Positions 46,748 to 57,333 of a stretch of DNA of 64,000 nt are shown piece by piece; positions within the stretch are counted from its first letter, which is position 1; the number at the start of each line of letters is the position of its first letter. This DNA comes from an uncultured Bacilli bacterium (lineage in GTDB: Bacteria; Bacillota_I; Bacilli_A; RF39; UBA660). The stretch is taken from NCBI GenBank assembly GCA_947628435.1, contig CANQZW010000001.1, positions 12,013 to 76,012 of the forward strand, given 5' to 3'. The translations under genes were made by a program, and so were the position numbers. The notes below the pieces were generated by a model that did not search any database, was not told the DNA's origin, and saw only the letters and a program-made list of their open reading frames with translations.

Positions 46748-47668
46748 CTATCCATTAGTATTAGTTTTAATGGTTTCAACTAATATGTTATTACCATCAC
46801 TTTTAAATATAACAGTACCAACCTCATCAGTTCTATAAACAGTAATATTTAATTTGTTTAACTTACTTAACGTAGATGAGTTAGGATGATTATAAATATT
46901 ATCTTTTCCAACCGATATAACAGCATATTTTGGACTTACAGCTCTTAAAAAATCTTCGTTAGAACTATAATTAGAGCCATGATGAGCAACCTTTAAAACA
47001 TCACTTTTTATCTCAACATTACTACTTAATATTTCTTGCTCTACCTTTTTAGTTGCATCACCAGTAAATAAAAACGAATTATTGCCATAAGTTAATCTTA
47101 AAACTATCGATGATTCATTTAAATCAGCTGCATTTTCTTTAACATGTATAACCTTTATAGTGGCATCACCTAAATTATATGATTCACCATCCTTAGGAGT
47201 AGTATAAGTAAGATTATTTTTTTCTAAAGCATCTAATACATCCTCAAATGTTTTGGTAGTAGATATTTCATCTGGCATAAAATATTTATCAATCTTAAAA
47301 TTATTAATAATATCGTCCATACCACCAATATGATCTTCATGAGGATGAGTTCCAACAAGATAATCTATTTTATCAACATTCAAAGTTTTTAAATATGAAA
47401 CTAATAATTTACCATCCTCATTATTACCAGCATCAATAAGCATATTATGATTATCAGTACTAATTAATATGCAATCAGCTTGTCCAACATCTATAAAATA
47501 AACTGATAAATTCCCGTTTTGAACTACTTTTTGTTTTGTATCATCATCTTTAAATGCTAAAGCTGATGCATCCTTTATCTGTTTAATAGCCCCAGATGAA
47601 ATAAATACATAAATAAAAATTACAACTCCTACTATTAACTTAAGTATATTTTTATTTTTTCTTTTCAT
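46748..47668 (-). CDS. secreted or membrane-anchored MBL-fold metallohydrolase (ComEC C-terminal-like lactamase_B domain)
   Basis: N-terminal TM, HPHEDHIGG and HHGS motifs. Confidence 0.7.
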   Translation of the reverse strand: MKRKNKNILKLIVGVVIFIYVFISSGAIKQIKDASALAFKDDDTKQKVVQNGNLSVYFIDVGQADCILISTDNHNMLIDAGNNEDGKLLVSYLKTLNVDKIDYLVGTHPHEDHIGGMDDIINNFKIDKYFMPDEISTTKTFEDVLDALEKNNLTYTTPKDGESYNLGDATIKVIHVKENAADLNESSIVLRLTYGNNSFLFTGDATKKVEQEILSSNVEIKSDVLKVAHHGSNYSSNEDFLRAVSPKYAVISVGKDNIYNHPNSSTLSKLNKLNITVYRTDEVGTVIFKSDGNNILVETIKTNTNG

Positions 47669-47731
47669 ATTACTCCTACTTCCTATATTAAAATTATATC
47701 ATAATAGTAAGCAAAAAATAAAAAAAACTGA

Positions 47732-47938
47732 TTACTCAGCTTCTTTTTTAATTACTTCTTTTCCTTTATAGTTACCACATTCAGGACATACTCTATGTGG
47801 TCTTATCATTTCACCACATTTAGGACATTTTACTGTTCCGTTAGCTTCAATTTTATAGTGAGTACGACGCATTCTTTTTCTTGTCTTACTTACCTTTCTG
47901 AATGGAACTGCAAATAATTGGATATCCAACTTTAACAT
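47732..47938 (-). CDS. rpmF: 50S ribosomal protein L32 (with a short N-terminal extension)
   Basis: [21 protein letters not shown] plus a CPKCG...CPECG zinc ribbon. RBS AAGGAGTGAGA. Confidence 0.85.
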   Translation of the reverse strand: MLKLDIQLFAVPFRKVSKTRKRMRRTHYKIEANGTVKCPKCGEMIRPHRVCPECGNYKGKEVIKKEAE

Positions 47939-47953
47939 ATTCTCACTCCTTCC

Positions 47954-48433
47954 TTACTCTTTAATGTAATCTTTTAACTTTTCAAGTCTTGGATCAATTA
48001 CTTCCTTTTTACTATCTTCCGTAATAAGACGCCACCCATCACCTAAGACAGATTCTTCTTTAGCATCAGGCGCAAGAACTCTTAAAGGAACATTTACTAA
48101 TATATATTGCCATATAATTGGCAAAATATCAAGTCTATTTTGAATAATTTCTAAAGAATTATCTTCATTTTCACCAATTATTTCATCAATATCAATGTCA
48201 AAAGGATACTCAACATCCTTTAAAGTTCTAGCACAAGCAAGTATCATCGTTCCAGTTATTTTAATATTTAATTCATACTCTTGTTCATTATTAGATATAA
48301 ATCCAATTACCTTTACTGGTGATATTCTTCTGATGTCAGTATTATTAAGTAATTCATCTGGTATGATTACCTCACCTTCAACAGGTATCTTATATAAATT
48401 ATAATTTATAAGTTTAGTTAAATCTATCTTCAT
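47954..48433 (-). CDS. yceD: YceD/DUF177 family protein (large-subunit biogenesis), upstream of rpmF
   Basis: Conserved yceD-rpmF pairing. The DUF177-like C-terminus contains no Cys. Confidence 0.6.
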   Translation of the reverse strand: MKIDLTKLINYNLYKIPVEGEVIIPDELLNNTDIRRISPVKVIGFISNNEQEYELNIKITGTMILACARTLKDVEYPFDIDIDEIIGENEDNSLEIIQNRLDILPIIWQYILVNVPLRVLAPDAKEESVLGDGWRLITEDSKKEVIDPRLEKLKDYIKE

Positions 48434-48629
48434 AGTAATCACCACCGCAAAAGTAATTATACTATCTTTTTTATTTTTTTACAAGATGTGTAAATTACGA
48501 TAATATATATTTATGAAAACAATAATAAATAAATGCTAATAAGTTAAATAATAATTAGTATAATATTTAATATTACTGATAAATAGATGCATCTTATTTT
48601 TAAAATTAAGCATTAAAAAATTAAAGTTT

Positions 48630-49547
48630 TCACTTTAATCTTTCATAGTACTTTGTAATATCATCATATAAATTCTTATTAAACTTTTTATCTTTTATCA
48701 TATCAATTTCAAACTTATAAGGAGGATATACCCTTTTATTTCCGTCTTCATCACTTACGTAAGGCGTTTCTAATATCATAGGAATATTATCCAATCTTTT
48801 ATTATAAATAACATTTAAAAGAGCATCAAAACCAATTGTACCATATCCAATGTTTTCGTGCCTATCTTTATGAGAACCAATTATATTTTTAGAATCATTA
48901 ACATGAACACAGCCTATTTTATCTATTCCAATTAACTTATCAAATTCATCCAAAAATTCATCAAATTTTGACATGTCATACCCAGCATCATTTAAATGAC
49001 AAGTATCTAAACATACCATTAATTTATCACTATACTTTACTTTATCAATTATTCTTTTAATATGGTTAATATCAAAACAAATTTCACTACCCTTACCAGC
49101 CATCGTCTCTAAACATATTTTTACACTTTGATTAGGAGCTATAACCTCATTTAAAGCATTAATTACGTTATTAATGCCCGTTTCTAGATCAAGATTAACA
49201 TAACTACCTGGATGTAAAACTAACTTTTCTATTCCCAACATAGATACTCTGTTTATTTCTTCTTTTAAAAATTTTATTGCAAACCTATAATTATCTTCTT
49301 TCTCATTATTAGCTAAATTAATAATATATGGTGCATGAACTACTATGTTTTTTAACTCAATATTATTATCATACAATAAATTTCTTGCTTTTAAAGTTAA
49401 ATCATAATCAATCTTACACCTTTTAGTATTTTGTGGTGCACCAGTATAAAACATAAACGAGTTAGCACCATAACTTATTGCTTCTTTTACACTTATAACT
49501 AACTGCTCTTTACTTGTAAAAGATACATGAGAACCTATTAATAACAT
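48630..49547 (-). CDS. nfo: deoxyribonuclease IV (endonuclease IV)
   Basis: TIM-barrel AP endonuclease motifs HAPY, LETMAGKG, CLDTCH, CVHVND. Confidence 0.9.
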   Translation of the reverse strand: MLLIGSHVSFTSKEQLVISVKEAISYGANSFMFYTGAPQNTKRCKIDYDLTLKARNLLYDNNIELKNIVVHAPYIINLANNEKEDNYRFAIKFLKEEINRVSMLGIEKLVLHPGSYVNLDLETGINNVINALNEVIAPNQSVKICLETMAGKGSEICFDINHIKRIIDKVKYSDKLMVCLDTCHLNDAGYDMSKFDEFLDEFDKLIGIDKIGCVHVNDSKNIIGSHKDRHENIGYGTIGFDALLNVIYNKRLDNIPMILETPYVSDEDGNKRVYPPYKFEIDMIKDKKFNKNLYDDITKYYERLK

Positions 49548-49597
49548 ATAACACCTCTTACTTCTATTTTTATTATACTAAATAAGATAAATTAACG

Positions 49598-49628
49598 CAA
49601 AGAAAAAAGAACTTATCGTTCTTTTAAA
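49598..49628. terminator. intrinsic terminator after the pilin gene
   Basis: aaaaaagaac-ttatc-gttcttttaaaa. Confidence 0.5.
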
Positions 49629-50076
49629 ACTCAACTTCACCAGTAATATATTTTGCATCACAACCAGTTGCTCCAAAGCCTATTTTAGCAGGGTCACATT
49701 TACCTGCATTTGATGCATTTCCATATTTTATTAAATTTAAAGTTTTAAACTTACCATCGTCACTTTTTGCTGCTAACTTTATTACATATTTTCCTTCTCC
49801 ATCTGTATTAACATAAGTGGAATCAGCATCATAATCGTCAGATAACTCATATTTTGTTAAACAAGCAGCACCAGAACACTTTGCATCTTCATCACTTGCT
49901 ATAAAAGTTTTAACTTGTTTTACAACCATTTGATATGATTCTATAAATGAATTTGATCTTGCCTTTGATATTGTTTTGTTTACTTGTTGTGTTGCTATTA
50001 CCATTATTATTGCAAGTACTACGATAACAGCAAGTAACTCGATTAATGTAAAACCTTTTTTATTTAATTTTTTCAT
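49624..50076 (-). CDS. type IV pilin/pseudopilin with prepilin N-methylation site
   Basis: MKKLNKKG|FTLIELLAVIVVLAIIMVIA, the class III signal with Gly-1/Phe+1/Glu+5. The C-terminal region has four Cys. Confidence 0.85.
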   Translation of the reverse strand: MKKLNKKGFTLIELLAVIVVLAIIMVIATQQVNKTISKARSNSFIESYQMVVKQVKTFIASDEDAKCSGAACLTKYELSDDYDADSTYVNTDGEGKYVIKLAAKSDDGKFKTLNLIKYGNASNAGKCDPAKIGFGATGCDAKYITGEVEF

Positions 50077-50191
50077 ATTTTATTCCTCCTATTATCAGTA
50101 TTAATATTATCACTATTAATTTATTTAGTCAATATTTAACAATTTATTTTTTAGTAGGTTTACGTATTTTTAACCTATCTTTTATATGTAA

Positions 50192-50740
50192 TTATATCTT
50201 TCTTAGAATGCTTACTATTTTTTCTCCGTATTTTTTTGTTTTAAAAACGATTAAATTATCATATTTAGAATAATTAATATCTAAGGTTGTTTCACATACT
50301 ATTATTCCATTATTAGATAATAAATTAATATTATGATTTATTTTAGTTAGTGCATCATCTAGTAAATTAGTATCATATGGGGGATCTAAGAAAATTATGT
50401 CAAATGTAACGTTATCTTTTATAAAACTATCTAACGCATTTTTAGCATCTGTCTTTTCAATAATAGTATTATCAATGTTTAACATTTTTATGTTATCTTT
50501 TATTATGTTTATAGCATCTTTATTTTTATCTATTAAATATGCTTTTTTAGCATTATTTGATATTGCTTCAATAGCTAAGTTACCAGAACCAGAAAATAGG
50601 TCTAAAACGGTAGAGTCTTTTATGTAATCTTGAATCATTGCAAAAACGGATTCTTTTACCCTATCCATAGTTGGTCTTGTACCATTAATATTAAAACCTT
50701 TTAATGTTCTTCCTTTATATTTACCACTTATTATTTTCAA
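50192..50740 (-). CDS. rsmD: 16S rRNA (guanine966-N2)-methyltransferase RsmD
   Basis: LDLFSGSGNLAIEA and FLDPPY motifs. Confidence 0.9.
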   Translation of the reverse strand: MKIISGKYKGRTLKGFNINGTRPTMDRVKESVFAMIQDYIKDSTVLDLFSGSGNLAIEAISNNAKKAYLIDKNKDAINIIKDNIKMLNIDNTIIEKTDAKNALDSFIKDNVTFDIIFLDPPYDTNLLDDALTKINHNINLLSNNGIIVCETTLDINYSKYDNLIVFKTKKYGEKIVSILRKI

Positions 50741-50799
50741 CTTAAATCACCTAATAAAAATTGTATCATATTTATTTATAAATGAAAAATAAAAAGGCA

Positions 50800-51108
50800 T
50801 TACTTTTTATTAGTAATACCTTTGGTTATGTTATTTATTCTGTTATTTATTTGAATAGTAAGTAAATTAACTTTATTTTGTAAATTAATATATTCTTTAA
50901 TTAATGGGTCTTTTAGCATGTTAATTTTAGCTTTAATAAAGTCATCTTTATAATTATATTTTTCATATAATTCTTTAGCTTCATTAAATTTATTTATTAA
51001 TTTTTTAGAATCTTCATTGCTAGATATTTTTTCTTTTATGTAATCTAATCTTTTTTTTATGTCACTTTTTTCAATGTAATCTATTATTTCATATGTTTTA
51101 TTAATCAT
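50800..51108 (-). CDS. ylbF: YlbF/YmcA-family protein
   Basis: 102-aa helical protein in a ylbD-ylbE-ylbF-rsmD arrangement like that of B. subtilis. Confidence 0.5.
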   Translation of the reverse strand: MINKTYEIIDYIEKSDIKKRLDYIKEKISSNEDSKKLINKFNEAKELYEKYNYKDDFIKAKINMLKDPLIKEYINLQNKVNLLTIQINNRINNITKGITNKK

Positions 51109-51114
51109 TTATCA

Positions 51115-51336
51115 TCACCTTAATACATCTATAAATTTACTTACCATATCAATTTTATCCATTAAATTATTTATTTTATCTGTTGTTCTTAACTTATATT
51201 TATCTTTTACTTCTGATATAAAAACATCAATCATTTCGGGATTTCTTATAAGTGTTTTATACCAATATGAATTATTTCTAATATACCTTTTATATTCTGG
51301 GTTTGAATCAAGAAAAAGCTTAATTCTTATATCCAT
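51115..51336 (-). CDS. ylbE: YlbE-like small protein
   Basis: LFLDSNPEYKRYIRNNSYWYKTLIRNPE resembles YlbE (LAADPELKAFLREKPIWYRRLSRHPE). Confidence 0.5.
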   Translation of the reverse strand: MDIRIKLFLDSNPEYKRYIRNNSYWYKTLIRNPEMIDVFISEVKDKYKLRTTDKINNLMDKIDMVSKFIDVLR

Positions 51337-51698
51337 TAGTCCTCAAACTTTTTAAACAATTGTCTAGGTTCATAAGCTTTAGAAGCAACCGATGATGAAG
51401 CATCTTTAGTAACAAGACCTTGAAGTAATTCAATTATTTTTTGAAGACTATTAACTCCTTTTTGAACAGAATTCATATCAACTTTTTTAATCATATCCGT
51501 TATATTTGAAAAATTAAAGGAATTTTCTTTAGAACTTGTTTTAGTATCATCTTGTCTTTTATAGTTTTCCCAAACTTTCTCATCTTCGCCATATAAAGAC
51601 CATTGCTCATAAAATTTTTGCCATGTCATTTCACCAGAATTTACGTACCTAGCTAATTCTGGTTTTTTTCTAACGAATGCTTTAAACTCCTCTTTCAT
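51336..51698 (-). CDS. ylbD: YlbD-like putative coat protein
   Basis: EFKAFVRKKPELARYVNSGEMTWQKFYEQWSLYGEDEKVWENYK resembles B. subtilis YlbD. Confidence 0.55.
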   Translation of the reverse strand: MKEEFKAFVRKKPELARYVNSGEMTWQKFYEQWSLYGEDEKVWENYKRQDDTKTSSKENSFNFSNITDMIKKVDMNSVQKGVNSLQKIIELLQGLVTKDASSSVASKAYEPRQLFKKFED

Positions 51699-51718
51699 GA
51701 TAATCACCCTATTATAAC

Positions 51719-52414
51719 CTATGCATTTTTCGATATTTTTTTCATATTCTTTAAAATAATTTTCTGTTTTTTTGAAACTCTTAAAGAATCACAAATTTTT
51801 GATATTGCTTTATTATATGTTACAGCATCTATTTTTGTTTCTTTAAAATATTTAAATGTTCTACTACTATATTTAACATAACATTCACTTAATAACCATG
51901 CTTTTGCCATCATTACATAATAAGAATTATTTTTATCTTTTTCAATAAAATCAAAAATCATATCTAAGTATTCTTCATAAACAAAATAATTAAGCAACAA
52001 AACAAACGAAAATCTAACTCTCCACATATTTTTACTTACGATATTTTTCTTTATAAACAAAAGGCACTCATCTTTTATATTACTAATTTTTTTACAAGAT
52101 GCACAAATAATATCACAAATGGCCCAATTATCAACGTTATAAAGAAAATTATCTAACTTACTTATCATTTTTTGTGGATCTTTAATATTAGAAATTACCA
52201 ATCCTTCTATTAAAACTTCTTCATAATATTCATGCTTTATGTTTTTTAAAAAATCTTCATAGCAACAGGAAGATATATATTTTGCAATTTTCTTTAAAAT
52301 AGGTGTTCTAACTCCTATTGTTTTCATTTTAGTATTTATAATTTTATCATTAAATTTTTTATATTTTTCATCTTTATTCTTAAAAAGAATATCTAATAAT
52401 TCTTCATTAGTCAT
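51719..52414 (-). CDS. DNA alkylation repair (AlkD-like HEAT-repeat) family protein
   Basis: 231-aa helical repeat protein with a C-terminal pattern typical of PF08713-like glycosylases. Confidence 0.45.
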   Translation of the reverse strand: MTNEELLDILFKNKDEKYKKFNDKIINTKMKTIGVRTPILKKIAKYISSCCYEDFLKNIKHEYYEEVLIEGLVISNIKDPQKMISKLDNFLYNVDNWAICDIICASCKKISNIKDECLLFIKKNIVSKNMWRVRFSFVLLLNYFVYEEYLDMIFDFIEKDKNNSYYVMMAKAWLLSECYVKYSSRTFKYFKETKIDAVTYNKAISKICDSLRVSKKQKIILKNMKKISKNA

Positions 52415-52465
52415 GTAAGATCACCTTATAAGTATTATAACAAAAAAATTCAGAAATTCTGAATT

Positions 52466-53149
52466 TTATCTTTCTAATGTAATAGTTATAATATTATAAT
52501 TTTTATCTTTTGACTCATTAAGATAAATGCTTACTTTTGGGCTACTTTTATCAAAATAATAAAATCCTTTTTTTTCTAAGCTTAAAATATAATTATCATC
52601 TAGTTTTACATTCATAAAATTATTTAATAAATTAATAATATTTTTTTTATTATCTCTTAAATTAAATTTCGTTTTATCATAAATTAAATTAGCATTTACG
52701 TAGTATACTACATCTTTATGATCATAATACACACTTATCGTATCAAAAACATCACTTGTATTTTCCTTCTTATGATATGCGTAAGTAGCATTATAAACCT
52801 GATCATTTAGTTTTCTTTGTTCTTCTTTTGATACATCAAAACCAATATCTTTATAAATAATACTTCTTTCTTTAGGTTCAATTAAGGCATATTTACCTGA
52901 AAATTTATTAACTAACTTATAATATGAAATATTGTTCTTATCAAGTATTTTTTGGTTTAGAAAACTAGAACCAACAAATAAGAAAGCTAAAATAATAACT
53001 AATATCGTAACATAAATTACTTTTTTGAACTTAATAATTTCATTTTTTTTATTTCTAGCTTTTAAATCGCCAGGAAATTCCTCAAATTTAATTTCATTTA
53101 CCTTTTTATTCTCTTGATTTGAATAAGAGGTTTTATTATTATCATTCAT
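52466..53149 (-). CDS. hypothetical membrane-anchored protein
   Basis: N-terminal TM (VIYVTILVIILAFLFVG), no recognised domain. Confidence 0.35.
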   Translation of the reverse strand: MNDNNKTSYSNQENKKVNEIKFEEFPGDLKARNKKNEIIKFKKVIYVTILVIILAFLFVGSSFLNQKILDKNNISYYKLVNKFSGKYALIEPKERSIIYKDIGFDVSKEEQRKLNDQVYNATYAYHKKENTSDVFDTISVYYDHKDVVYYVNANLIYDKTKFNLRDNKKNIINLLNNFMNVKLDDNYILSLEKKGFYYFDKSSPKVSIYLNESKDKNYNIITITLER

Positions 53150-53198
53150 ATTAACACCTCTACTATAAATAATACCATTAATTTAAATTTAAAACAAC

Positions 53199-54623
53199 TT
53201 ATTTTTTTGTTTTACTTTTAAGTAGTTTTAATAATTCATCTTCAAACTCACTATTGATCTTTAAGTACTCATCCCATATACATTCAACATTTCTAGCGTT
53301 TATAATAGCTTTTTCGCTTCCAATTAATTCATTATTACGATCAATGGTTGTATTTGTAACATTATAACCTTTTTTATCTTTCTTACAAAAAATACCTAAT
53401 ATTATATATAAATTATCTGATAACATTTTATAAGTTATTCTAATATTATTAATTCTTATCTTAAATACCTTTTTTATTTTAACAATTGACTTACCTTTAA
53501 TTCTTGCGGTATTATTTTTTATCATATCAATTCCTGTTAAAATATCAGGATAATATTCTTTTGGTATGTTACCTTTTTCTACATCTGCTAATACTTTATT
53601 TTTATTCCATAAAAATCCATAATAAAATATAATATTTTCTTTATCGGTTATTACGTCACTTAAAGTATCATCTAATGATTGTAAATACTTATTTAATTGT
53701 TCTTTAATTAATAAATCTTTACTTGTATTAGTTAATAAACCAATTATATTAAATATAATTAATTTTATATCATAATCATATTTTATTGATTCTAAAAATT
53801 CATTAATATCATCATAATTATCAAATGACCTTATCGTTGTTAAATAATTTTTATATAGTGTATTACTTTCTTTTTTATTATCATCATAATAATAGTAAGC
53901 ACTATTATCATCTACGTAATTCATACTTACTTGTTCTTGTTTTGGTTCATTATTTTCTTTCTTTTTTTCAGCACTAAATTTTAAAACATACGAATTTAAA
54001 ATATTTAATAGCCTATTTTTATCATCCTCATTATCAGTTTTACTTATTATTATATTTTTAATCGTACTTATATTATTATCATTTAAGTTTTGATTTGATT
54101 GATAATTTTTTAAAGCATATTCTATTTGTTTTTTATCTTCGTTTAATCTTTGCTTTTCTTTTACAATTTCATCAAAAATATTAAAAAAACAATCGCATAA
54201 ATAAGTTTCTATTTCCCTATTTAAATTACATAATAATTCATCTGTTTGTTTCATTTTATCAAGTTCATTATATACTTTTTTTAATCTTACATCATTTTTA
54301 ATACGATTCATAAAAGCATTACTATATAAAATATTTTTAGATAAATTAAATTCACTTAATTTCTTATTAACATTGCTATTATAAGTATCATATAACAACT
54401 TATTATTTATTAATTTATTTATTGCTATTGAGTTATCATGCTTCATTTTTTCAACAAAAATTTCATATGTTTTTCTATTACTAAACGGATTTTTATTATT
54501 TTTACTAGAACTCAATAAATTATATAACGGTTTATAATAGTAGTATTTTTTATTTATCTTTTTAATTAATTCATCATATTTTTTAATTTCAATAGTAAGT
54601 AACTGAACTAATTCATCATTCAT
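53199..54623 (-). CDS. hypothetical protein (474 aa) directly downstream of sigE
   Basis: Long ORF with no recognised motif. It occupies the position where sigG sits in Bacillus. Confidence 0.4.
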   Translation of the reverse strand: MNDELVQLLTIEIKKYDELIKKINKKYYYYKPLYNLLSSSKNNKNPFSNRKTYEIFVEKMKHDNSIAINKLINNKLLYDTYNSNVNKKLSEFNLSKNILYSNAFMNRIKNDVRLKKVYNELDKMKQTDELLCNLNREIETYLCDCFFNIFDEIVKEKQRLNEDKKQIEYALKNYQSNQNLNDNNISTIKNIIISKTDNEDDKNRLLNILNSYVLKFSAEKKKENNEPKQEQVSMNYVDDNSAYYYYDDNKKESNTLYKNYLTTIRSFDNYDDINEFLESIKYDYDIKLIIFNIIGLLTNTSKDLLIKEQLNKYLQSLDDTLSDVITDKENIIFYYGFLWNKNKVLADVEKGNIPKEYYPDILTGIDMIKNNTARIKGKSIVKIKKVFKIRINNIRITYKMLSDNLYIILGIFCKKDKKGYNVTNTTIDRNNELIGSEKAIINARNVECIWDEYLKINSEFEDELLKLLKSKTKK

Positions 54624-54685
54624 AATAAATCACCTTAATCATTATAACAAAAAAACTATATTGTGTTAAAAACAAAATAGTTTTT

Positions 54686-55381
54686 TTATAATTTTATGGT
54701 ATCTTTTATCCTTTTAATAACCTTTTTTTCTATTCTTGATATATAACTTTGTGATATATTTAAGCGTTCTGCTAATTCTTTTTGAGTAATTTCTTTTTCA
54801 CCAAAAAGACCATACCTTAATTTCATTATTTGTTTATCTCTTTCTGGTAACTTATCTATTTCTTTCATTAAAGTAAGTTTTAAATCATTATCTTCTAACT
54901 CTTTAGTAACTAAGTCTGGATCCGTACCTAATATATCTTCTAAATGAAGTTCATTACCCTCAGAATCAAAAGATAAAGACTCTTCTAAAGATACATCTGC
55001 ATTTCTTTTTTTATTCTTTCTTAAATACATTAATATTTCATTATCAATACATCTAGAAGCATAAGTTGCAAGTCTTATGTTTTTATCCATTTTATAAGTA
55101 TTTATTCCTTTAATTAAACCTATTGTTCCAATACTTACTAAATCTTCTAAATCTATTTTTGTATTTTCATACTTTTTTGATAAATAAACCACAAGTCTTA
55201 AATTATGTTCAATAAGTTTATTTTTAGCTTCTAAACTTCCTTCAGAAGCCTTAATTAGGCATTCTAATTCATCTTGTTTTGATAATGGTTCTGGAAGAGC
55301 ATCTAAAGACCCTACAAAAAATATAGTACTTACCTTTTTAAACAAATTTTTAATAAAATTAATTATTTTTCTCATTTTCAA
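54686..55381 (-). CDS. sigE: RNA polymerase sporulation sigma factor E (pro-sigma-E)
   Basis: Pro-sequence plus LPEPLSKQDELECLIKASEGSLEAKNKLIEHNLRLVVYLSKKYENTKIDLEDLVSIGTIGLIK, collinear with B. subtilis pro-sigmaE. It directly follows spoIIGA. Confidence 0.9.
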   Translation of the reverse strand: MKMRKIINFIKNLFKKVSTIFFVGSLDALPEPLSKQDELECLIKASEGSLEAKNKLIEHNLRLVVYLSKKYENTKIDLEDLVSIGTIGLIKGINTYKMDKNIRLATYASRCIDNEILMYLRKNKKRNADVSLEESLSFDSEGNELHLEDILGTDPDLVTKELEDNDLKLTLMKEIDKLPERDKQIMKLRYGLFGEKEITQKELAERLNISQSYISRIEKKVIKRIKDTIKL

Positions 55382-56166
55382 ATCTCCTTTATAATTTTTT
55401 TATGCAATAGTAAGTCTACTCCATCTATTTCGAATTTATTGTCACTTATTCCTACTAAGCATTCTTCTTGTATTAATTTACCATTTATGACAATTTCTTT
55501 TATTTTAAAACACTTAATTAAACTTTCATTCTTAATTGTAACGCATGGAACCATAATAAACTTTGGATTATAATCTTTTAAAATAGATTTATCAATAATT
55601 ATAATTGGTCTTTTCTTATAAGGATCATATAAATTATTACCAGTATCTAAAAAACCTGTTAATTTAACTTTTTTATTATTTAAAAAGGTTATTGTAACTT
55701 CATATTTTTTAGAATATTCTTCCTTTAATTTTCTTGTTTGTATAACGTATATGGTAATTATTATTGGTGAAAGGATAAGAACAATAAATAAATTTATTCC
55801 TGCTTTATTATGAAAAAATATTAATCCAATATTTTTATAGGATAACTCATTATTAATATAATATAAAAAACCTCCTAAAATCATGCTTAATAAATATAAA
55901 TAAATTATATTATTAAAAGTATATTTAATATTTTTATATGAAAAAGTAGCTAATACCATTAAAAAAGATATTAATAATTTAAATATAAAAAGACTTAGTG
56001 AATTTAAATTTAAAAATAAAAAAATAATACTTATACCACCAAGAATCGCACCTAAAATAACTCTTTTTATACTTACGTTTCTTTTTAGAATAAGACTTAC
56101 TGACAAAAGTAAGATAAAATCTAAGAAAAAATTTAAAAATATAATAGAATCTACATATATTTTCAT
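55378..56166 (-). CDS. spoIIGA: sigma-E processing peptidase SpoIIGA
   Basis: Polytopic N-terminus plus the GFLDTGNNLYDP aspartic-protease motif. Position ftsZ-spoIIGA-sigE. Confidence 0.85.
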   Translation of the reverse strand: MKIYVDSIIFLNFFLDFILLLSVSLILKRNVSIKRVILGAILGGISIIFLFLNLNSLSLFIFKLLISFLMVLATFSYKNIKYTFNNIIYLYLLSMILGGFLYYINNELSYKNIGLIFFHNKAGINLFIVLILSPIIITIYVIQTRKLKEEYSKKYEVTITFLNNKKVKLTGFLDTGNNLYDPYKKRPIIIIDKSILKDYNPKFIMVPCVTIKNESLIKCFKIKEIVINGKLIQEECLVGISDNKFEIDGVDLLLHKKIIKEI

Positions 56167-56235
56167 AATAAATCACCTTAAAATAATTATAAAAAAAAGA
56201 CACTTAAATAAGTGTCGAAACATAATATTTTAAAT

Positions 56236-57321
56236 TTAAAAACTTCTTCTATTTTTCAAAAAGTTTGGAATGTCATCATCATCGTCATCATCATCTTGAA
56301 TTAAATTACTAACTCTTGGATTAATCATTTGAGGTTGAACTTTTTTTTCTGGTTGTTCAGAAGCTTTTTGCTCACCTTTTTCAAAGCCAGTTGCAATAAC
56401 AGTTACAATAACCTCATCAGTTAAGTTTTCATTAATAACCGCACCAAAAATAGTATTTATATCATTATTTGAAGTTGATCTTACAACCTCCGCAGCATCT
56501 TCAGCTTCGAATAAAGTAAGGTTAGCTCCACCAGTTATGTTAATTATAGCATCAGTCGCACCTGAAATATTTGTCTCAAGAAGTGGGCTTGATACAGCTT
56601 GTCTTGCAGCTTCAACTGCTCTGTTTTCTCCTGTTCCCATACCTATACCAATAAGTGCGTTTCCACTTTTTTCCATTACTGCTTTAACATCAGCAAAATC
56701 TAGGTTTATTAAACCTGTTACAGCTATTAAATCAGAAATAGATTGAACACCTCTGTGAAGAACATTATCAACCTCGTGGAAAGCTTCTACCATTGGAGTT
56801 GACTTATCTATTATTTCTCTTAATCTATCATTTGGAATTACAATTAACGTATCTACGTTAGCCTTAAGCTCAGAAAGACCCTCTATTGCTTGAGCCATTC
56901 TTCTTTTTCCCTCAAAGCTAAAAGGTTTAGTAACAATAGCAACCGTAAGAGCACCTAAGTTTTGAGATATTTCAGCAATTACTGGTGCTGCACCAGTACC
57001 AGTTCCGCCTCCCATACCACAAGTTATAAACACCATATCAGCACCCTTTAGTGCTTCTTCAATTTCCTTTTTAGATTCTAAAGCTGCTTCTCTTCCTACC
57101 TCAGGACGACCTCCAGCACCAAGTCCTGCAGATATTTTAGAACCAATTTGTATTTTTGTTTCCGCTTTTGAACTATTTAAAACTTGCAAATCAGTATTTG
57201 CAACAATAAACTCAACACCTCTTACACCACATTCTATCATACGGTTAACAGCGTTACCACCGCCACCACCGACACCAATAACTTTAATTTTTGCTAATTG
57301 ATCTACTGGTAATCCAAACAT
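56236..57321 (-). CDS. ftsZ: cell division protein FtsZ
   Basis: [11 protein letters not shown] tubulin signature. Asp-rich C-terminal tail. Confidence 0.97.
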   Translation of the reverse strand: MFGLPVDQLAKIKVIGVGGGGGNAVNRMIECGVRGVEFIVANTDLQVLNSSKAETKIQIGSKISAGLGAGGRPEVGREAALESKKEIEEALKGADMVFITCGMGGGTGTGAAPVIAEISQNLGALTVAIVTKPFSFEGKRRMAQAIEGLSELKANVDTLIVIPNDRLREIIDKSTPMVEAFHEVDNVLHRGVQSISDLIAVTGLINLDFADVKAVMEKSGNALIGIGMGTGENRAVEAARQAVSSPLLETNISGATDAIINITGGANLTLFEAEDAAEVVRSTSNNDINTIFGAVINENLTDEVIVTVIATGFEKGEQKASEQPEKKVQPQMINPRVSNLIQDDDDDDDDIPNFLKNRRSF

Positions 57322-57333
57322 TTTTCTTCCTCC

